64,000 nt of DNA from NCBI GenBank assembly GCA_964400795.1, contig CAYNWA010000001.1:69313-133312 (forward strand). Direction: 5' to 3'. Made by a program: the position numbers and the translations under genes. This stretch comes from an uncultured Smithella sp. (GTDB lineage: Bacteria; Desulfobacterota; Syntrophia; Syntrophales; Smithellaceae). Positions 18,334 to 28,695 of this stretch are shown piece after piece (position 1 is the first letter of the stretch; every line of letters begins with the position of its first letter). The notes below the pieces were generated by a model. That model was not told the DNA's origin. It saw nothing but the letters and a program-made list of their open reading frames with translations, and did not search any database.

Positions 18334-19134
18334 CTATAATGCATCAAAAAGTGAAAACGATCCACTCATAATCATGTAAAGAATAAACATCACCCCGATC
18401 ACGATGCGGTAGTATCCAAAGTATTTAAATCCATGGTTCTCAACAATCTGGAGAAACACCTTAACAGCAAGGTAAGCGAAAATAAAAGCAACCAAAAAGC
18501 CGATTGCCAACAGCATCAGTTCTTGCGAAGAAAAGTTGGCTTCGGTCTTCAGCAAATCGTAGCCAGTTGCCGCACACATGGTGGGCACAGCCAGCAGAAA
18601 AGAAAATTCAGTGGCCTGTTTCTTGTTCAATCCGTTAAAGACACCGCCAATAATGGTTGCCGCAGCACGCGATACGCCGGGAATCATGGAAACACACTGC
18701 ACCAATCCAATAAAGACGGAGTGCTTATAGGAGATATCCTCCAACTCAGCGTATTTTGTTTCGCGGGCTACCACGCGTTTGTCTATAATGATGAGAATAA
18801 TACCCCCTATAATGAGCGCCAGGGAAACTCCCAACGGATTGAATAAATATAACTTAATGGTTTTATAGGCCAGAAAGCCCACAATGGCAGTGGGTATAAA
18901 GGCAATTCCCAACTTAATGTATATCTTTATGCCATGAAGGAAACGTTTGTAATAAAGCATAACAATGGCCAAAATAGCTCCGATTTGAATGGCTATCTCA
19001 AAGCTTTTCACGAAAGAATTGTCGTGAATCTTCATTATGGACGAGGCTAAAATCATATGACCGGTTGAAGAAATCGGCAAAAACTCGGTAATACCTTCTA
19101 TAACAGCCAGAATAATTGTTTGGACAATATCCAT
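18334..19134 (-). CDS. uppP: undecaprenyl-diphosphate phosphatase
   Basis: MDIVQTIILAVIEGITEFLPISSTGHMIL and the later PGVSRAAATIIGG are the BacA/UppP signatures. The ATG at 19134 has a GGAGG RBS; the track ORF extends to 19173. Confidence 0.9.
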   Translation of the reverse strand: MDIVQTIILAVIEGITEFLPISSTGHMILASSIMKIHDNSFVKSFEIAIQIGAILAIVMLYYKRFLHGIKIYIKLGIAFIPTAIVGFLAYKTIKLYLFNPLGVSLALIIGGIILIIIDKRVVARETKYAELEDISYKHSVFIGLVQCVSMIPGVSRAAATIIGGVFNGLNKKQATEFSFLLAVPTMCAATGYDLLKTEANFSSQELMLLAIGFLVAFIFAYLAVKVFLQIVENHGFKYFGYYRIVIGVMFILYMIMSGSFSLFDAL

Positions 19135-19226
19135 CCTTCCCCTCCGCAAAAAGAATGTCTTATTTATTACCAATTGAAGTCTATTATTTTAGTCGATTGT
19201 AATCTTAACTTTTACGGTTCAAGACT

Positions 19227-20813
19227 CTATTTATTGGAACAGATAATATTTTTATCCTGATCATAAAGGGAAGTATTGATCTCCAACAAACCCAGGACCG
19301 TGTGAAAGAGATTGTTTTGAGTATATTCTTTAGTGATCCTGTTCTTCAGCATTTTTTTAGACTCATTAAAATCTTTTCCCAGCCAAAATATTACCGCAAT
19401 GTGCGTTTGATTGTCCGGCGCAATAAAATACGGAAGTCCATGGAGATACAAACCTTTTTCACCCAACGATTCACCATGATCGCTCATGTAAATCATGGCC
19501 GTTTCAAATCTTCCATCATTATGTTTGAGCAGTTTAATAACTTTATCAAGAAAATAATCCGTATACAAAATGGCATTGTCATAGGCATTACTTATTTCTT
19601 CATTGGAGCACTTATTTAACTCATTCGTCTGGCATGTTGGTTTGAATTTTTCAAACGACGGAGGATATCTCTTATAATAAGCCGGTCCATGATTGCCCAT
19701 CTGGTGCAGAACAATCAAAATATCCCCCTTGCTGCGGCTGTCGATGTAGTTCTGCAGTCCGACAAGCATGCCTTCGTCACGACACTCTTCATCGCAAATC
19801 GGATTTTTGTCGGATTTTCTGTAATCTTCATATTGCACACGTAAGGCAACCCCTTTGGAATCGGAATTATTTTCCCGCCATAAAATACTGACTTTGCCCG
19901 CATGATTTATTACATCGAGCAGATTTTCCGTCGATTTTCCTTTTTTCTCGTTGTAACTGCTTCTGTCATACATCGAAAACATGCATGGGACGGAAACATC
20001 CGTCGATGTTCCGCAGGAATGGACATTTCTCAAACTGACAACATCCTCTTTTTTAAGCAAAGGATTGGTCTCTCTCGTATAGTTATTAAGAGAAAATCGA
20101 TCCGCCCGGGCCGCTTCACCAATGACCAGAATGATCAATTCCCTGTCTGTGTCCGTTTCCGGAATTTTCGCATCTTCTCCAATACGTTTGAGTTCGGTAT
20201 TGCGATCTTTAAATTTGATGTTGAGATATTTTCCAAGGGAATAGAGGGAATATGTCGGATTGGTTCGATAACGTAACGGCTTATGTTCCCTCAGAAAAGA
20301 CGTATAGAACTTGCTGAAAATTAAAACACAAACGAATATAGCCGCCAGAGAAATCGTGATGATTTTCAAGCGGGAAATCAATTCAGCTTTCAGGGTGCCG
20401 TGTTCCAGCTCAACCCGATAAACAAATAAGGACGGCAATATCCCAAAAAAAAGAATGTACAATATCAGTTTAAAGCTGAACAATTCGGCGGCTTCTTTCA
20501 CATTAGTGGCAAAAATATTCTGGATCATGGTATGGTCAATGACCACGTTATAATTATTCATGAAATAGCCCGCTGTGGATGCGATGAGAAAAGTGAGAAT
20601 TAAAACAGGCTTGATCGTGTATTTTGAAGAAACAAGAGCTAACAACAATACAATGGCACACATCAAAACAATTGCCACCGATGCAAGAAATCCTATATTA
20701 ACCCAGGAAACAGGATAAACTTTTATTACATCTCTGAAAAAAGCGAAGTTGTCGAATAAAACCAGAAATAATGCCGATATGATAATGAGCGTTGCGGTTG
20801 TTATTTTTTTCAT
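19227..20813 (-). CDS. phosphoethanolamine transferase (EptA/PmrC-like; N-terminal 5-TM domain + sulfatase-fold domain)
   Basis: The protein has an N-terminal multi-TM region followed by LIILVIGEAARADRFSLNNY, HSCGTSTDVSVPCMF, VLHQMGNHGPAY and MIYMSDHGESLGE. The ATG at 20813 (MKKITTA) removes the overlap that the track ORF 19227..20882 has with the upstream gene. Confidence 0.8.
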   Translation of the reverse strand: MKKITTATLIIISALFLVLFDNFAFFRDVIKVYPVSWVNIGFLASVAIVLMCAIVLLLALVSSKYTIKPVLILTFLIASTAGYFMNNYNVVIDHTMIQNIFATNVKEAAELFSFKLILYILFFGILPSLFVYRVELEHGTLKAELISRLKIITISLAAIFVCVLIFSKFYTSFLREHKPLRYRTNPTYSLYSLGKYLNIKFKDRNTELKRIGEDAKIPETDTDRELIILVIGEAARADRFSLNNYTRETNPLLKKEDVVSLRNVHSCGTSTDVSVPCMFSMYDRSSYNEKKGKSTENLLDVINHAGKVSILWRENNSDSKGVALRVQYEDYRKSDKNPICDEECRDEGMLVGLQNYIDSRSKGDILIVLHQMGNHGPAYYKRYPPSFEKFKPTCQTNELNKCSNEEISNAYDNAILYTDYFLDKVIKLLKHNDGRFETAMIYMSDHGESLGEKGLYLHGLPYFIAPDNQTHIAVIFWLGKDFNESKKMLKNRITKEYTQNNLFHTVLGLLEINTSLYDQDKNIICSNK

Positions 20814-20847
20814 GCTTTCAGCAAGATTCTTATTATGTGTATAACCT

Positions 20848-22095
20848 CTATCGGCCACGGCTGGAAAGTATAACAGATACATTATATAAATACCGGCCCC
20901 AAACCGTAGCCAAATCCTGCAACGTCTGCCGAGAATCTTCTTGTGTACCTTTGATACTCTGTATGGCGGATCTATCCGGAGCAGACTGATCTCTCGATTT
21001 TTTCAGGATAAGCCGGTCTCCAACTGTTCCATCGGAACGAATCATGGTCACTTCACATCGATCGCCGGCAATGCGTACTTTGCAGAAGTGATGATTTTTA
21101 TCTATTTTTGCCAACCATTTTTCCATGGTTGCATTATATAAAGAAGCACCTCCACCGCCCGCCACAATGTACGTAACGCCTTTTATGCTTTTTGTGCGCT
21201 CATAGAGATGATCGTGACCGGCAAATACCAGCCTGACATCTCCTTTTTCAAATAAAGGGCTCAAAGCTCTGCGTTGATGGATATTGCTGCCGTGTTTTCC
21301 CGAACTGTAGAACGGTTCATGGATAAAAATGATTTTCCATTTGTAATGGGCTGATTGTTTTAAATCTTCGGCAAGCCACTTGTACTGAGATGAGCAGGAA
21401 TCAAAAGATAAATAACTGTTCAGTGAAATAAAATGAGCATCTCCGATATTGAATGAATAATACGCTTCACTATGATCGAAATTATTGACGGGCAGAGAAA
21501 AAAATTTAAAGTAAAGGCTGTCTTTCATATTTTCTTTTCTGTCATGGTTTCCTGTTGTGGAGTAAATGGGAATGGTTTCGCCGGTATTCGTTTTATCGCA
21601 AATAACCGAGAAATAATCATACCAGTTGGTTTCCGTTTCTTTTCGAACGAGATCCCTTGTATTAATAATAAGAAGAGGGTGTGTCTTCTGGATTTGTTTT
21701 AATATATTGACATGATTTTGATCATTGGGTTGGCCATCTCCACCATACACGACGAAAGAAAATTCTTCGCCGGCTCTGACTGCAGTGCGAAATTGATACG
21801 GATCTGTTTTTACTTGGGATGGAATTCGGTAGAAATATTCGTTGGAAGGCTTCAGCCCTGTAATTTTCATACTGTGAAAGCGCTTCTTTAAGGGATCTCT
21901 TATGGCCAATCCGCAAGCCGTCGTTTCACCATATTCAATGACGGACTCAACAGGGATTTCGGTATGCCAGCTGACAACAATGGAATTTTCCGTTACCTGT
22001 GACAGGTAAGGCCTCGAGGTCATACTATGATTTTTAGCATTACAAGAAATGATCAGTAAACAAACCAGCAAAAGAAGAATAACGTTCTTAAGCAT
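20848..22095 (-). CDS. lipoprotein metallophosphoesterase (purple-acid-phosphatase-like)
   Basis: Signal peptide plus lipobox MLKNVILLLLVCLLIISC. An Fn3-like N-terminal domain is present (ENSIVVSWHTE...IEYGETT). The phosphoesterase motifs are YGGDGQ, TTGNHD, FIHEP and AGHDHLYER. Confidence 0.75.
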   Translation of the reverse strand: MLKNVILLLLVCLLIISCNAKNHSMTSRPYLSQVTENSIVVSWHTEIPVESVIEYGETTACGLAIRDPLKKRFHSMKITGLKPSNEYFYRIPSQVKTDPYQFRTAVRAGEEFSFVVYGGDGQPNDQNHVNILKQIQKTHPLLIINTRDLVRKETETNWYDYFSVICDKTNTGETIPIYSTTGNHDRKENMKDSLYFKFFSLPVNNFDHSEAYYSFNIGDAHFISLNSYLSFDSCSSQYKWLAEDLKQSAHYKWKIIFIHEPFYSSGKHGSNIHQRRALSPLFEKGDVRLVFAGHDHLYERTKSIKGVTYIVAGGGGASLYNATMEKWLAKIDKNHHFCKVRIAGDRCEVTMIRSDGTVGDRLILKKSRDQSAPDRSAIQSIKGTQEDSRQTLQDLATVWGRYLYNVSVILSSRGR

Positions 22096-22945
22096 TTTTC
22101 TTTTCCATGACGAATAAAGGAAACTTACTCAAAGAACCAACCTGATGGACTTCAAAAAACTCCCGTGCAACTCTTAAAAAATAGTCCGTATTATATTGAG
22201 CAAATTGACCAGATGCTTTTGCTTTTTCCTTTTCGGTTCTCGGAAGATGATCTATTTCTAACCGTCCCGAAATGATCAGTCTATCAGTGCATATACGGGA
22301 CAGCCTCCGGAATATTTCATGATGGCTACCGTATGCGTCTGAACACAAACCGCTGCCCCAGAACAGATAGTGATATAAACCTATTAATAGAACGGTCTGA
22401 AATGGTCCACCATAAGCTTCAGGATTGCTTGATACCATGTCAAGGGAAGCCATATAAAAAAAAACTTTCTTCTGTCCCAGATATTCTCTGACTATATTCG
22501 GAATATGCACAAAAGGCTCGTAAACATCGACGCCAACGGATATATTACAATTGGGTTGATTTGCTGCATGCAGAGTATAAAAACCTCGGCAACATCCAAT
22601 GTCAATGAAACTCTTTAACGGTTTTGGATAAAGAGCTGTGACCGGCCTCAACCTTTCATAGAGTTTAAAGCTTGGCATAAGCTTTTTTTGAAAGATCATG
22701 TAATTATGGTTTCTTGGATAACCTTTTAAGTGCTGATTGATTTCTTTTTCTGTTTCACTCGGAAAAAACGAATTGAGATTATGTCCAATCTGAGTCGCAT
22801 AACTCAAGATATTTACCACTTTTGTTCTTGTTCGTTGAAGGACATCCAGGTTGAATATCGCGCCAATTCCATCTGGTCTTTCCTGACTTTCTGGGATAAG
22901 TTGATATGGATGTAATATGTCAGTATTTGTTGTTTTGCTGATCAT
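22088..22945 (-). CDS. class I SAM-dependent methyltransferase-like protein
   Basis: FIDIGCCRGFYT resembles the glycine-rich SAM motif I. The gene overlaps the downstream gene by 8 nt. Confidence 0.5.
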   Translation of the reverse strand: MISKTTNTDILHPYQLIPESQERPDGIGAIFNLDVLQRTRTKVVNILSYATQIGHNLNSFFPSETEKEINQHLKGYPRNHNYMIFQKKLMPSFKLYERLRPVTALYPKPLKSFIDIGCCRGFYTLHAANQPNCNISVGVDVYEPFVHIPNIVREYLGQKKVFFYMASLDMVSSNPEAYGGPFQTVLLIGLYHYLFWGSGLCSDAYGSHHEIFRRLSRICTDRLIISGRLEIDHLPRTEKEKAKASGQFAQYNTDYFLRVAREFFEVHQVGSLSKFPLFVMEKKNA

Positions 22946-23205
22946 TTTTCCGTTCCTCTGTTTTTCATTACCGTTGTCGAGACGGCTTTTATTGGCGGTT
23001 GTTTAACATATGAAGGTTACGAGAAGATTATGCGAAGATTATGATTTTGTAATGTATGAACCACTGAGAAAAATTAAACATGAAAAGGAAATCCGGCGAC
23101 AAGAATCTTTCACCTTGATGAATGGATTAAATACGTCGTGAAGCGCATATAAAATTTTACAAAATAGAAGGGCGGGAATAATAAGGAGATACAGCCGGGG
23201 ACAAG

Positions 23206-24606
23206 CTATCTCGGCAGGATCACCGTAAAGGTACTGCCTTTCCCACGCTGACTGGTTACGGTAATATCACCAAGATGAGCATGGGCAACCGCAAGGGACA
23301 AACTCAACCCTAGCCCGAAGCCTTGTTGCGAGCGGCTTTTGTCGCAACGGTATAATCTTTCGAATATGTGCGGCATATCGTCGTCCGAAATTCCGATTCC
23401 TGTATCCTGAAATATAATTCTAATTATGTCATCTTCAATATGTGCCAAAATGGTCACCATTCCTCCGGCGGGGGTATATTTAATGGCATTTTCCAATAAG
23501 TTGATAATCATTCTTTGAAGGCCGTGGAAATCTCCCCTGAGAGTCACATTGTCGGGAACGTGATTCAAGCATTGAATCTTTTTTTCTTCGGCGATAGGCG
23601 AAAATAGTTCGAAGGCGTCTTTAATGATCTGCGACAAATCAACCGGTCCCTTTACCGTTTCGGAAATGCCCGATTCCTCTTTGGATATCATCAGCATGGT
23701 GTTGATCATCTGAAGAAGGTCATCACATTCTTCTATGATATCCGCAGCAAGTTTTTGAACTTCCTCGGAACATCCCGCCTCATTTAGTTCTATCTCGGCT
23801 GCTACCCTCATTCTTGTTATCGGAGTCTTAAGATCATGGGCGATATTGTCCGTCACTTCACTCAAACCCTTCATCAGGCTTTGGATATGGTCCAGCATGC
23901 GATTGAAAGATTCAGCCAGCAGTTTCACTTCGTCACTCTTTGATTTTATATGAACCCTCCGGTCAAAAAGTCCTTTTGATATATCCGATGCAGCTTTCGT
24001 TACCTCTCCAACCCCTGATAATGCACGGCTTGCCATAAACCATCCGATTACCGCGGAGAACAGCACAAAAAAGAACATAATGGGTGTAATAGCAGCATAA
24101 ATTGTATTCAAAGAATTCTCTTTTTCTTCTAACGAAACGCCTATCTGCATAATTTTCGCTGAATCAATCTTTCCATATACGGTACGTATTTTATGTGGTC
24201 TCCCGGAAATGATCTGCGTATCAAACGTATAAGCGGCCCCACTGTTTATTCGATCCAAGGCATGCTTATTTATCTTAGCATTTTTCCAATATGTCATGTC
24301 CGATGTCGCCATCACATTGCCCATTCGATCCATCAGGCGCAGAAAAATTTTATCCTTGCCTTCCGATTCCGCCTCTATATTCATCGCTTTGGTGGTAGCA
24401 TCAGTGCCCATCAACGCCAACGTAGCAGAGACTTCATCCAAATCTTCCAAAAGACCCTCGTCGATATCCCTGTCTATGGAGTGTGAAACCATGATGTAAA
24501 ATACGCATAATGCCGCAAACAGAGAGACGGCGAAGATGAATGCATACCAGAGGGTAAGCCTGAACGCCAGTTTATGCCGGATTTTGTTAACGATCTTTAA
24601 GAACAT
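23206..24606 (-). CDS. sensor histidine kinase (2 TM, HAMP, HisKA, HATPase_c)
   Basis: H-box VTDNIAHDLKTPITRM, N-box INLLENAIKY, and G-boxes FQDTGIGI / GFGLGLSL. The ATG at 24606 overlaps the response-regulator stop by about 20 nt; the track start 24618 is GTG. Confidence 0.85.
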   Translation of the reverse strand: MFLKIVNKIRHKLAFRLTLWYAFIFAVSLFAALCVFYIMVSHSIDRDIDEGLLEDLDEVSATLALMGTDATTKAMNIEAESEGKDKIFLRLMDRMGNVMATSDMTYWKNAKINKHALDRINSGAAYTFDTQIISGRPHKIRTVYGKIDSAKIMQIGVSLEEKENSLNTIYAAITPIMFFFVLFSAVIGWFMASRALSGVGEVTKAASDISKGLFDRRVHIKSKSDEVKLLAESFNRMLDHIQSLMKGLSEVTDNIAHDLKTPITRMRVAAEIELNEAGCSEEVQKLAADIIEECDDLLQMINTMLMISKEESGISETVKGPVDLSQIIKDAFELFSPIAEEKKIQCLNHVPDNVTLRGDFHGLQRMIINLLENAIKYTPAGGMVTILAHIEDDIIRIIFQDTGIGISDDDMPHIFERLYRCDKSRSQQGFGLGLSLSLAVAHAHLGDITVTSQRGKGSTFTVILPR

Positions 24607-25261
24607 ATCCCGCTCCACGAACCGTATGTATTAGTTTATGTTCAACATCCTTATCGATCTTATCTCGTAATAAACATATTCGCGCTTCAACAACATTGGT
24701 CATGGGGACAAAATCATAATTCCAAACATGTTCCATGATCATGGTCTTTGAAACCACCCGGCCTGCGTTGCGCATAAGATATTCCAGAAGGGATAGCTCT
24801 TTAGGTTGTAGATCAATCCTCTTCCCCGCCCGGATAACCTCCTTTTTAATAAGATCCAGCGATAAATCGGCTACCTCGAGTCTTGTTGTTTCCTTCGCTC
24901 CGGTCGCACGTCGGACCAGCGCATATACCCTGGCTAAAAGTTCTGAAAATGCAAAGGGCTTGGTCAGATAATCATCGCTTCCGCTTTCGAGTCCTTTTAT
25001 TCGTTCTTCCACGGATACTTTAGCACTCAAAATAATCACAGGAGTATTGATTCGCCTTTGGCGCAAATTGCTTATGAGTGTAATACCATCCAATTTGGGC
25101 AACATACAGTCAATGATCGCCACATCATAGGATTCATGAATGGCCATATCCAGCCCGTATTCGCCATCCGCAGCATGATCCACAGCAAAGCCAGCATCCT
25201 TGAGACCACTAATAATAAATGAAGCGGTCTTTAAATCATCTTCAACCAAAAGCAATCGCAT
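24587..25261 (-). CDS. OmpR/PhoB-family response regulator
   Basis: The receiver domain reads MRLLLVEDD...DVAIIDCMLPKLDG...LSAK. The winged-helix C-terminus reads LQPKELSLLEYLMRNAGRVVSK...IHTVRGAGY. Confidence 0.9.
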   Translation of the reverse strand: MRLLLVEDDLKTASFIISGLKDAGFAVDHAADGEYGLDMAIHESYDVAIIDCMLPKLDGITLISNLRQRRINTPVIILSAKVSVEERIKGLESGSDDYLTKPFAFSELLARVYALVRRATGAKETTRLEVADLSLDLIKKEVIRAGKRIDLQPKELSLLEYLMRNAGRVVSKTMIMEHVWNYDFVPMTNVVEARICLLRDKIDKDVEHKLIHTVRGAGYVLKDR

Positions 25262-25739
25262 AAATCATGTTCCTATTCTCATATGTTACAATTAATTTTT
25301 TTTCTGAAAAATTGATTGTATGTTTTGGTATTCACATAAGCAATTTTTCTAATATTATTAAAATTTACTAGCAAATCACGCTTATTTCAAGATTTATATA
25401 ATTTACCAAGAAAATTTTTGTTAACTTATCAACGACCCTTCTGCATTTTTGTTTTAGTTCATTATTTATTTGTTACGGAAAGAATTTTCAGGGGCTTATT
25501 TTCTCAAAATACTCAAAATCATTTCAAGATTTCTCCAACATCAAGACGCCTTATCCGTCAAATGTAATCTTTAGGTTATATGCTTTTAAAACATAAATCT
25601 GACAACGTCTGAAAATCGGATTTCTGCCGGAATGACGGATACTTATACTTCCTGTTTATCAAAATGATTTTTTTATGCTAAATTATAAAAAAATATAATG
25701 CAGTCTTGAATGAATTAATTTGAATTAATATTGTGGATT

Positions 25740-26438
25740 ATGCAACGCCCGCTAAACATATTTGAATCCGAAGCGGAAGCAAATAAATTTGACAGAATCA
25801 TCAGTCTCGGCTGTAATTGCGAGGTCGCGCTGAATATTCGTGATTATTTCGGTGTTGAGCGTGCCTATCCGTTTGACTGGTGGATAACGCCCTTTCAGGC
25901 CTTATGGAAGCTGCTGGATGGCAGATTCGACAATCTTTTTAATATAAACAATCTGGAAATCTCTGAGGACCTGCTTACCGTAAGGGATAAATATTATAAT
26001 CTGCTGTACCACCATGATTTTAAACGGGCAGATGACGATAAAATAATTCCCGAAAATATAGAACAACAGTTGCCCCGGGTGAGACAGAAGTATGACATGC
26101 TCATTCATAGATTCTTTAACGACCTGCAGCATAAACGGGTTTTATTTATAAGAAACAGTGACGGCAATATTCCTCACCTCGACCGGGACGAAACGCCCAT
26201 GGATGAAAACACCTTTGTGCGGTTATATGACTTGCTGGGAAGATTGTTTCCCGATTCTGCGATAAGTTTACTGGTTACAAATTGTCCAATATTTCCCACC
26301 ATGCGGCGCGGAAACGGCTGTATCGTTTGGAACAAGGTTGGTCACAATTACGATGACTATGAATTCTTCATCGGTTCGCGTCAGGGATGGAAGGATATGT
26401 TTTCCAGAATCAACATTTTGCATGAGGGCGCTGAGTAA
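25740..26438 (+). CDS. hypothetical protein, DUF1796-like (putative papain-fold peptidase family)
   Basis: IISLGCNCEVALNIRDYFG...AYPFDWWITP resembles my recollection of the DUF1796 N-terminal signature. This is not verified by any search. Confidence 0.4.
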   Translation: MQRPLNIFESEAEANKFDRIISLGCNCEVALNIRDYFGVERAYPFDWWITPFQALWKLLDGRFDNLFNINNLEISEDLLTVRDKYYNLLYHHDFKRADDDKIIPENIEQQLPRVRQKYDMLIHRFFNDLQHKRVLFIRNSDGNIPHLDRDETPMDENTFVRLYDLLGRLFPDSAISLLVTNCPIFPTMRRGNGCIVWNKVGHNYDDYEFFIGSRQGWKDMFSRINILHEGAE

Positions 26439-26563
26439 TGGATTCAGTGGAGTAGAATTTACAGAGGGAATAAATGCCCATCTGGAAGATGACGCCGAAA
26501 GCAAAGATTTATGAAGCCTTGAGCAACGGCAATGAACTCCGAAATAACCTCCACAACGCCTTT

Positions 26564-27697
26564 TTATAATGCTTTATCCGCCATGCCCTTTTGAACGGCA
26601 ATACATTCCGCAACGGTCCGGTTGATCAACTCCGCCACGGTGGGAATATCGTGGATGATGCCCTGAATCTGACCGGAAAGATAAACGCCGTTTTCCAGGT
26701 CGCCGTCTTCGACCGCTCTTTTTACCGCCACATAACCCTGTGCCATATGCGCCAGATTCATCGCCGTCTGGTAACTATTGGACATTTTGCTCATGAACGA
26801 TTTCTTTTTTTTCTTTTCCGAACCGGTTTTCGGTGCGGGATCCTTCGGCCTTTCGGATTTTTCACCTTTGGAACCGCCCATATTAGCCGTGGCCATTGCC
26901 ATCCAAGACGAATTCAGCGTCTTGGCAATGTCGAATGTTGCCTTAAAACCTTTGATGACATTACGTCCTTCTTTGACCGCTTGTTCGGCGGCAGACGTTT
27001 TTAAAACCCTGCAGTAGAGGGCATCAAACCGGTTGGAATAAATCGTATCTTCAATTCCGCTCTCCAACTGTTTTTTCATGCAATTTTCGAGAACAGGACT
27101 CTCCTTCGTAATGGAAAGTCTCGTGCCCATCCCAACGCCTTCAGCGCCCAGAGCCAACGCGGCGGCCATGCCCCTTCCATCGGCGATTCCACCAATGGCG
27201 ACAACGGGAATTTTTACTTCATCAACGATTGCCGGAACAAGCACCATCGTCGGAACCTGACTGCCGTGGGCCGCGGCTTCATAACCGGTAACCTGAAGAG
27301 CGTCCGCTCCTGATTTCTGGGCTGCCAGCGCGTGGGCGACCGTGGTTACGGTTGTGATCACTTTGCCGTTGTAGTCGTGAACTTTTTTGATCAGGTCCCC
27401 TCCCTTGCCCAAGGAGATATTGAGCACAGGAACTTTCTCCTCGATGGCAACGAGGGCGTTTTCATATGCCTTCGGCATCAAAAGAGATACACCCACGCCG
27501 AAAGGTTTGTCCGTTAGCTCTCTTATTTTTCTGATGGCTGTTTTTGTTTTATCCGGGCTCAACGATCCGCTGGCCAGATAACCGATTCCCCCTGCGTTAC
27601 ACACGGCAGCCACCAATTCCGGTACGCTGATCCAGCTCATGCCGGGAAGGATAATGGGATATGTGATTCCAAACAATTCGGTGATTTTCGTTTTCAT
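26564..27697 (-). CDS. nitronate monooxygenase / FabK-like FMN oxidoreductase with a Lys-rich insertion
   Basis: TIM-barrel NMO pattern: ITYPIILPGMSWIS, GADALQVTGYEAAAHG, VVAIGGIADGRGMAAALALGAEGVGMGTR. It also carries an extra segment, GGSKGEKSERPKDPAPKTGSEKKKKKSFMSKMS. Confidence 0.75.
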   Translation of the reverse strand: MKTKITELFGITYPIILPGMSWISVPELVAAVCNAGGIGYLASGSLSPDKTKTAIRKIRELTDKPFGVGVSLLMPKAYENALVAIEEKVPVLNISLGKGGDLIKKVHDYNGKVITTVTTVAHALAAQKSGADALQVTGYEAAAHGSQVPTMVLVPAIVDEVKIPVVAIGGIADGRGMAAALALGAEGVGMGTRLSITKESPVLENCMKKQLESGIEDTIYSNRFDALYCRVLKTSAAEQAVKEGRNVIKGFKATFDIAKTLNSSWMAMATANMGGSKGEKSERPKDPAPKTGSEKKKKKSFMSKMSNSYQTAMNLAHMAQGYVAVKRAVEDGDLENGVYLSGQIQGIIHDIPTVAELINRTVAECIAVQKGMADKAL

Positions 27698-27814
27698 ATG
27701 AGAACCTTTCCTGTTTTATTATTATGAACGGTACCTCTAAATCCGTTTGATAGTATTTTTGAGTGGTAACAGCAACTTCTCTCCCTTCGTCAGGCCCCGA
27801 TCAGAAATCATTGA

Positions 27815-28264
27815 TTAACCTTTCCGCATCTGCCAGGTTCCCTGCACAAGACAGCACACAACACCGGCTTGATCCTTGATTTCAAGATTCATCTTCCAGT
27901 CTGCTTTTCCCTTTTCATCGGCCTCTTTCTGAATGGCATTAACCTCATCCGGGCTCAAGTTCGCCTCCACGGTCACATCAGTGATTGCGGGACGCTTAAA
28001 CTGGATATCGATTGCTTTGACGATGGGATAGAACCGGTTATAATCGAAAGAGGCAATGAAAATAGGACCGCCGATAAACTCGCCGGCAGTGAACAGCGAG
28101 CCCGCGTAGATTGTCCCAATATGGTTCACATTGGGCTTAAGCGGCAACAGGACTTTGGCATGACGATCCCACATCTCTACAATACGAATCTCCATGGCGC
28201 TCACAATCCTGACAATGCTCTCGAGCATGCCGGCAGTTTCCTGATACTTTTTATCAATCACCAC
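27815..28264 (-). CDS. hotdog-fold thioesterase-like protein (YiiD C-terminal / DUF4442 type)
   Basis: LLPLKPNVNHIGTIYAGSLFTAGEFIGG matches the PaaI/YiiD_C-type pattern. The start is GTG with a GGAGG RBS. Confidence 0.6.
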   Translation of the reverse strand: MVIDKKYQETAGMLESIVRIVSAMEIRIVEMWDRHAKVLLPLKPNVNHIGTIYAGSLFTAGEFIGGPIFIASFDYNRFYPIVKAIDIQFKRPAITDVTVEANLSPDEVNAIQKEADEKGKADWKMNLEIKDQAGVVCCLVQGTWQMRKG

Positions 28265-28695
28265 CTACCTCCTCAATGCACAACTCATATCAGTTTAATG
28301 CAGAATCTATATCAACCTATTGTGCTTTCCAGCTTATCTTAATATTTCTGTGATGATACACTTCCCCAAGGGTTCATGTCCCCTTTGGGAAAAGCAAAGA
28401 AGGTGCCAAGCGTTAAAATGCCTCTATCATAGGGTAAAATCCCGTTAAAAATTGAATAATACAGGGACAGGATAGAGAAATCATGGGACAAATATGTCCC
28501 ATTGGCATTTGTTAATAATCCTTCGAGAGAGAAGATTATTCGTTCTTTTTGAACAAAAAAATACCATATTGGAACAAAAACACTGAATTTTAATGATAAG
28601 TAACTCTGGTAGAGAGACAGGTATAAGTGTTGCATATCTTTGTTATAAGGGGACAATTTAATGTCCGCTCTGATCTTATGTTTACGGAGAATACC

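Noticed and set aside
20813-20882. Apparent 35-nt overlap between the PEtN transferase ORF and the phosphoesterase ORF
   Set aside because: The overlap is resolved by using the internal ATG at 20813 (MKKITTA...), which begins the first TM helix. The upstream extension has no support.
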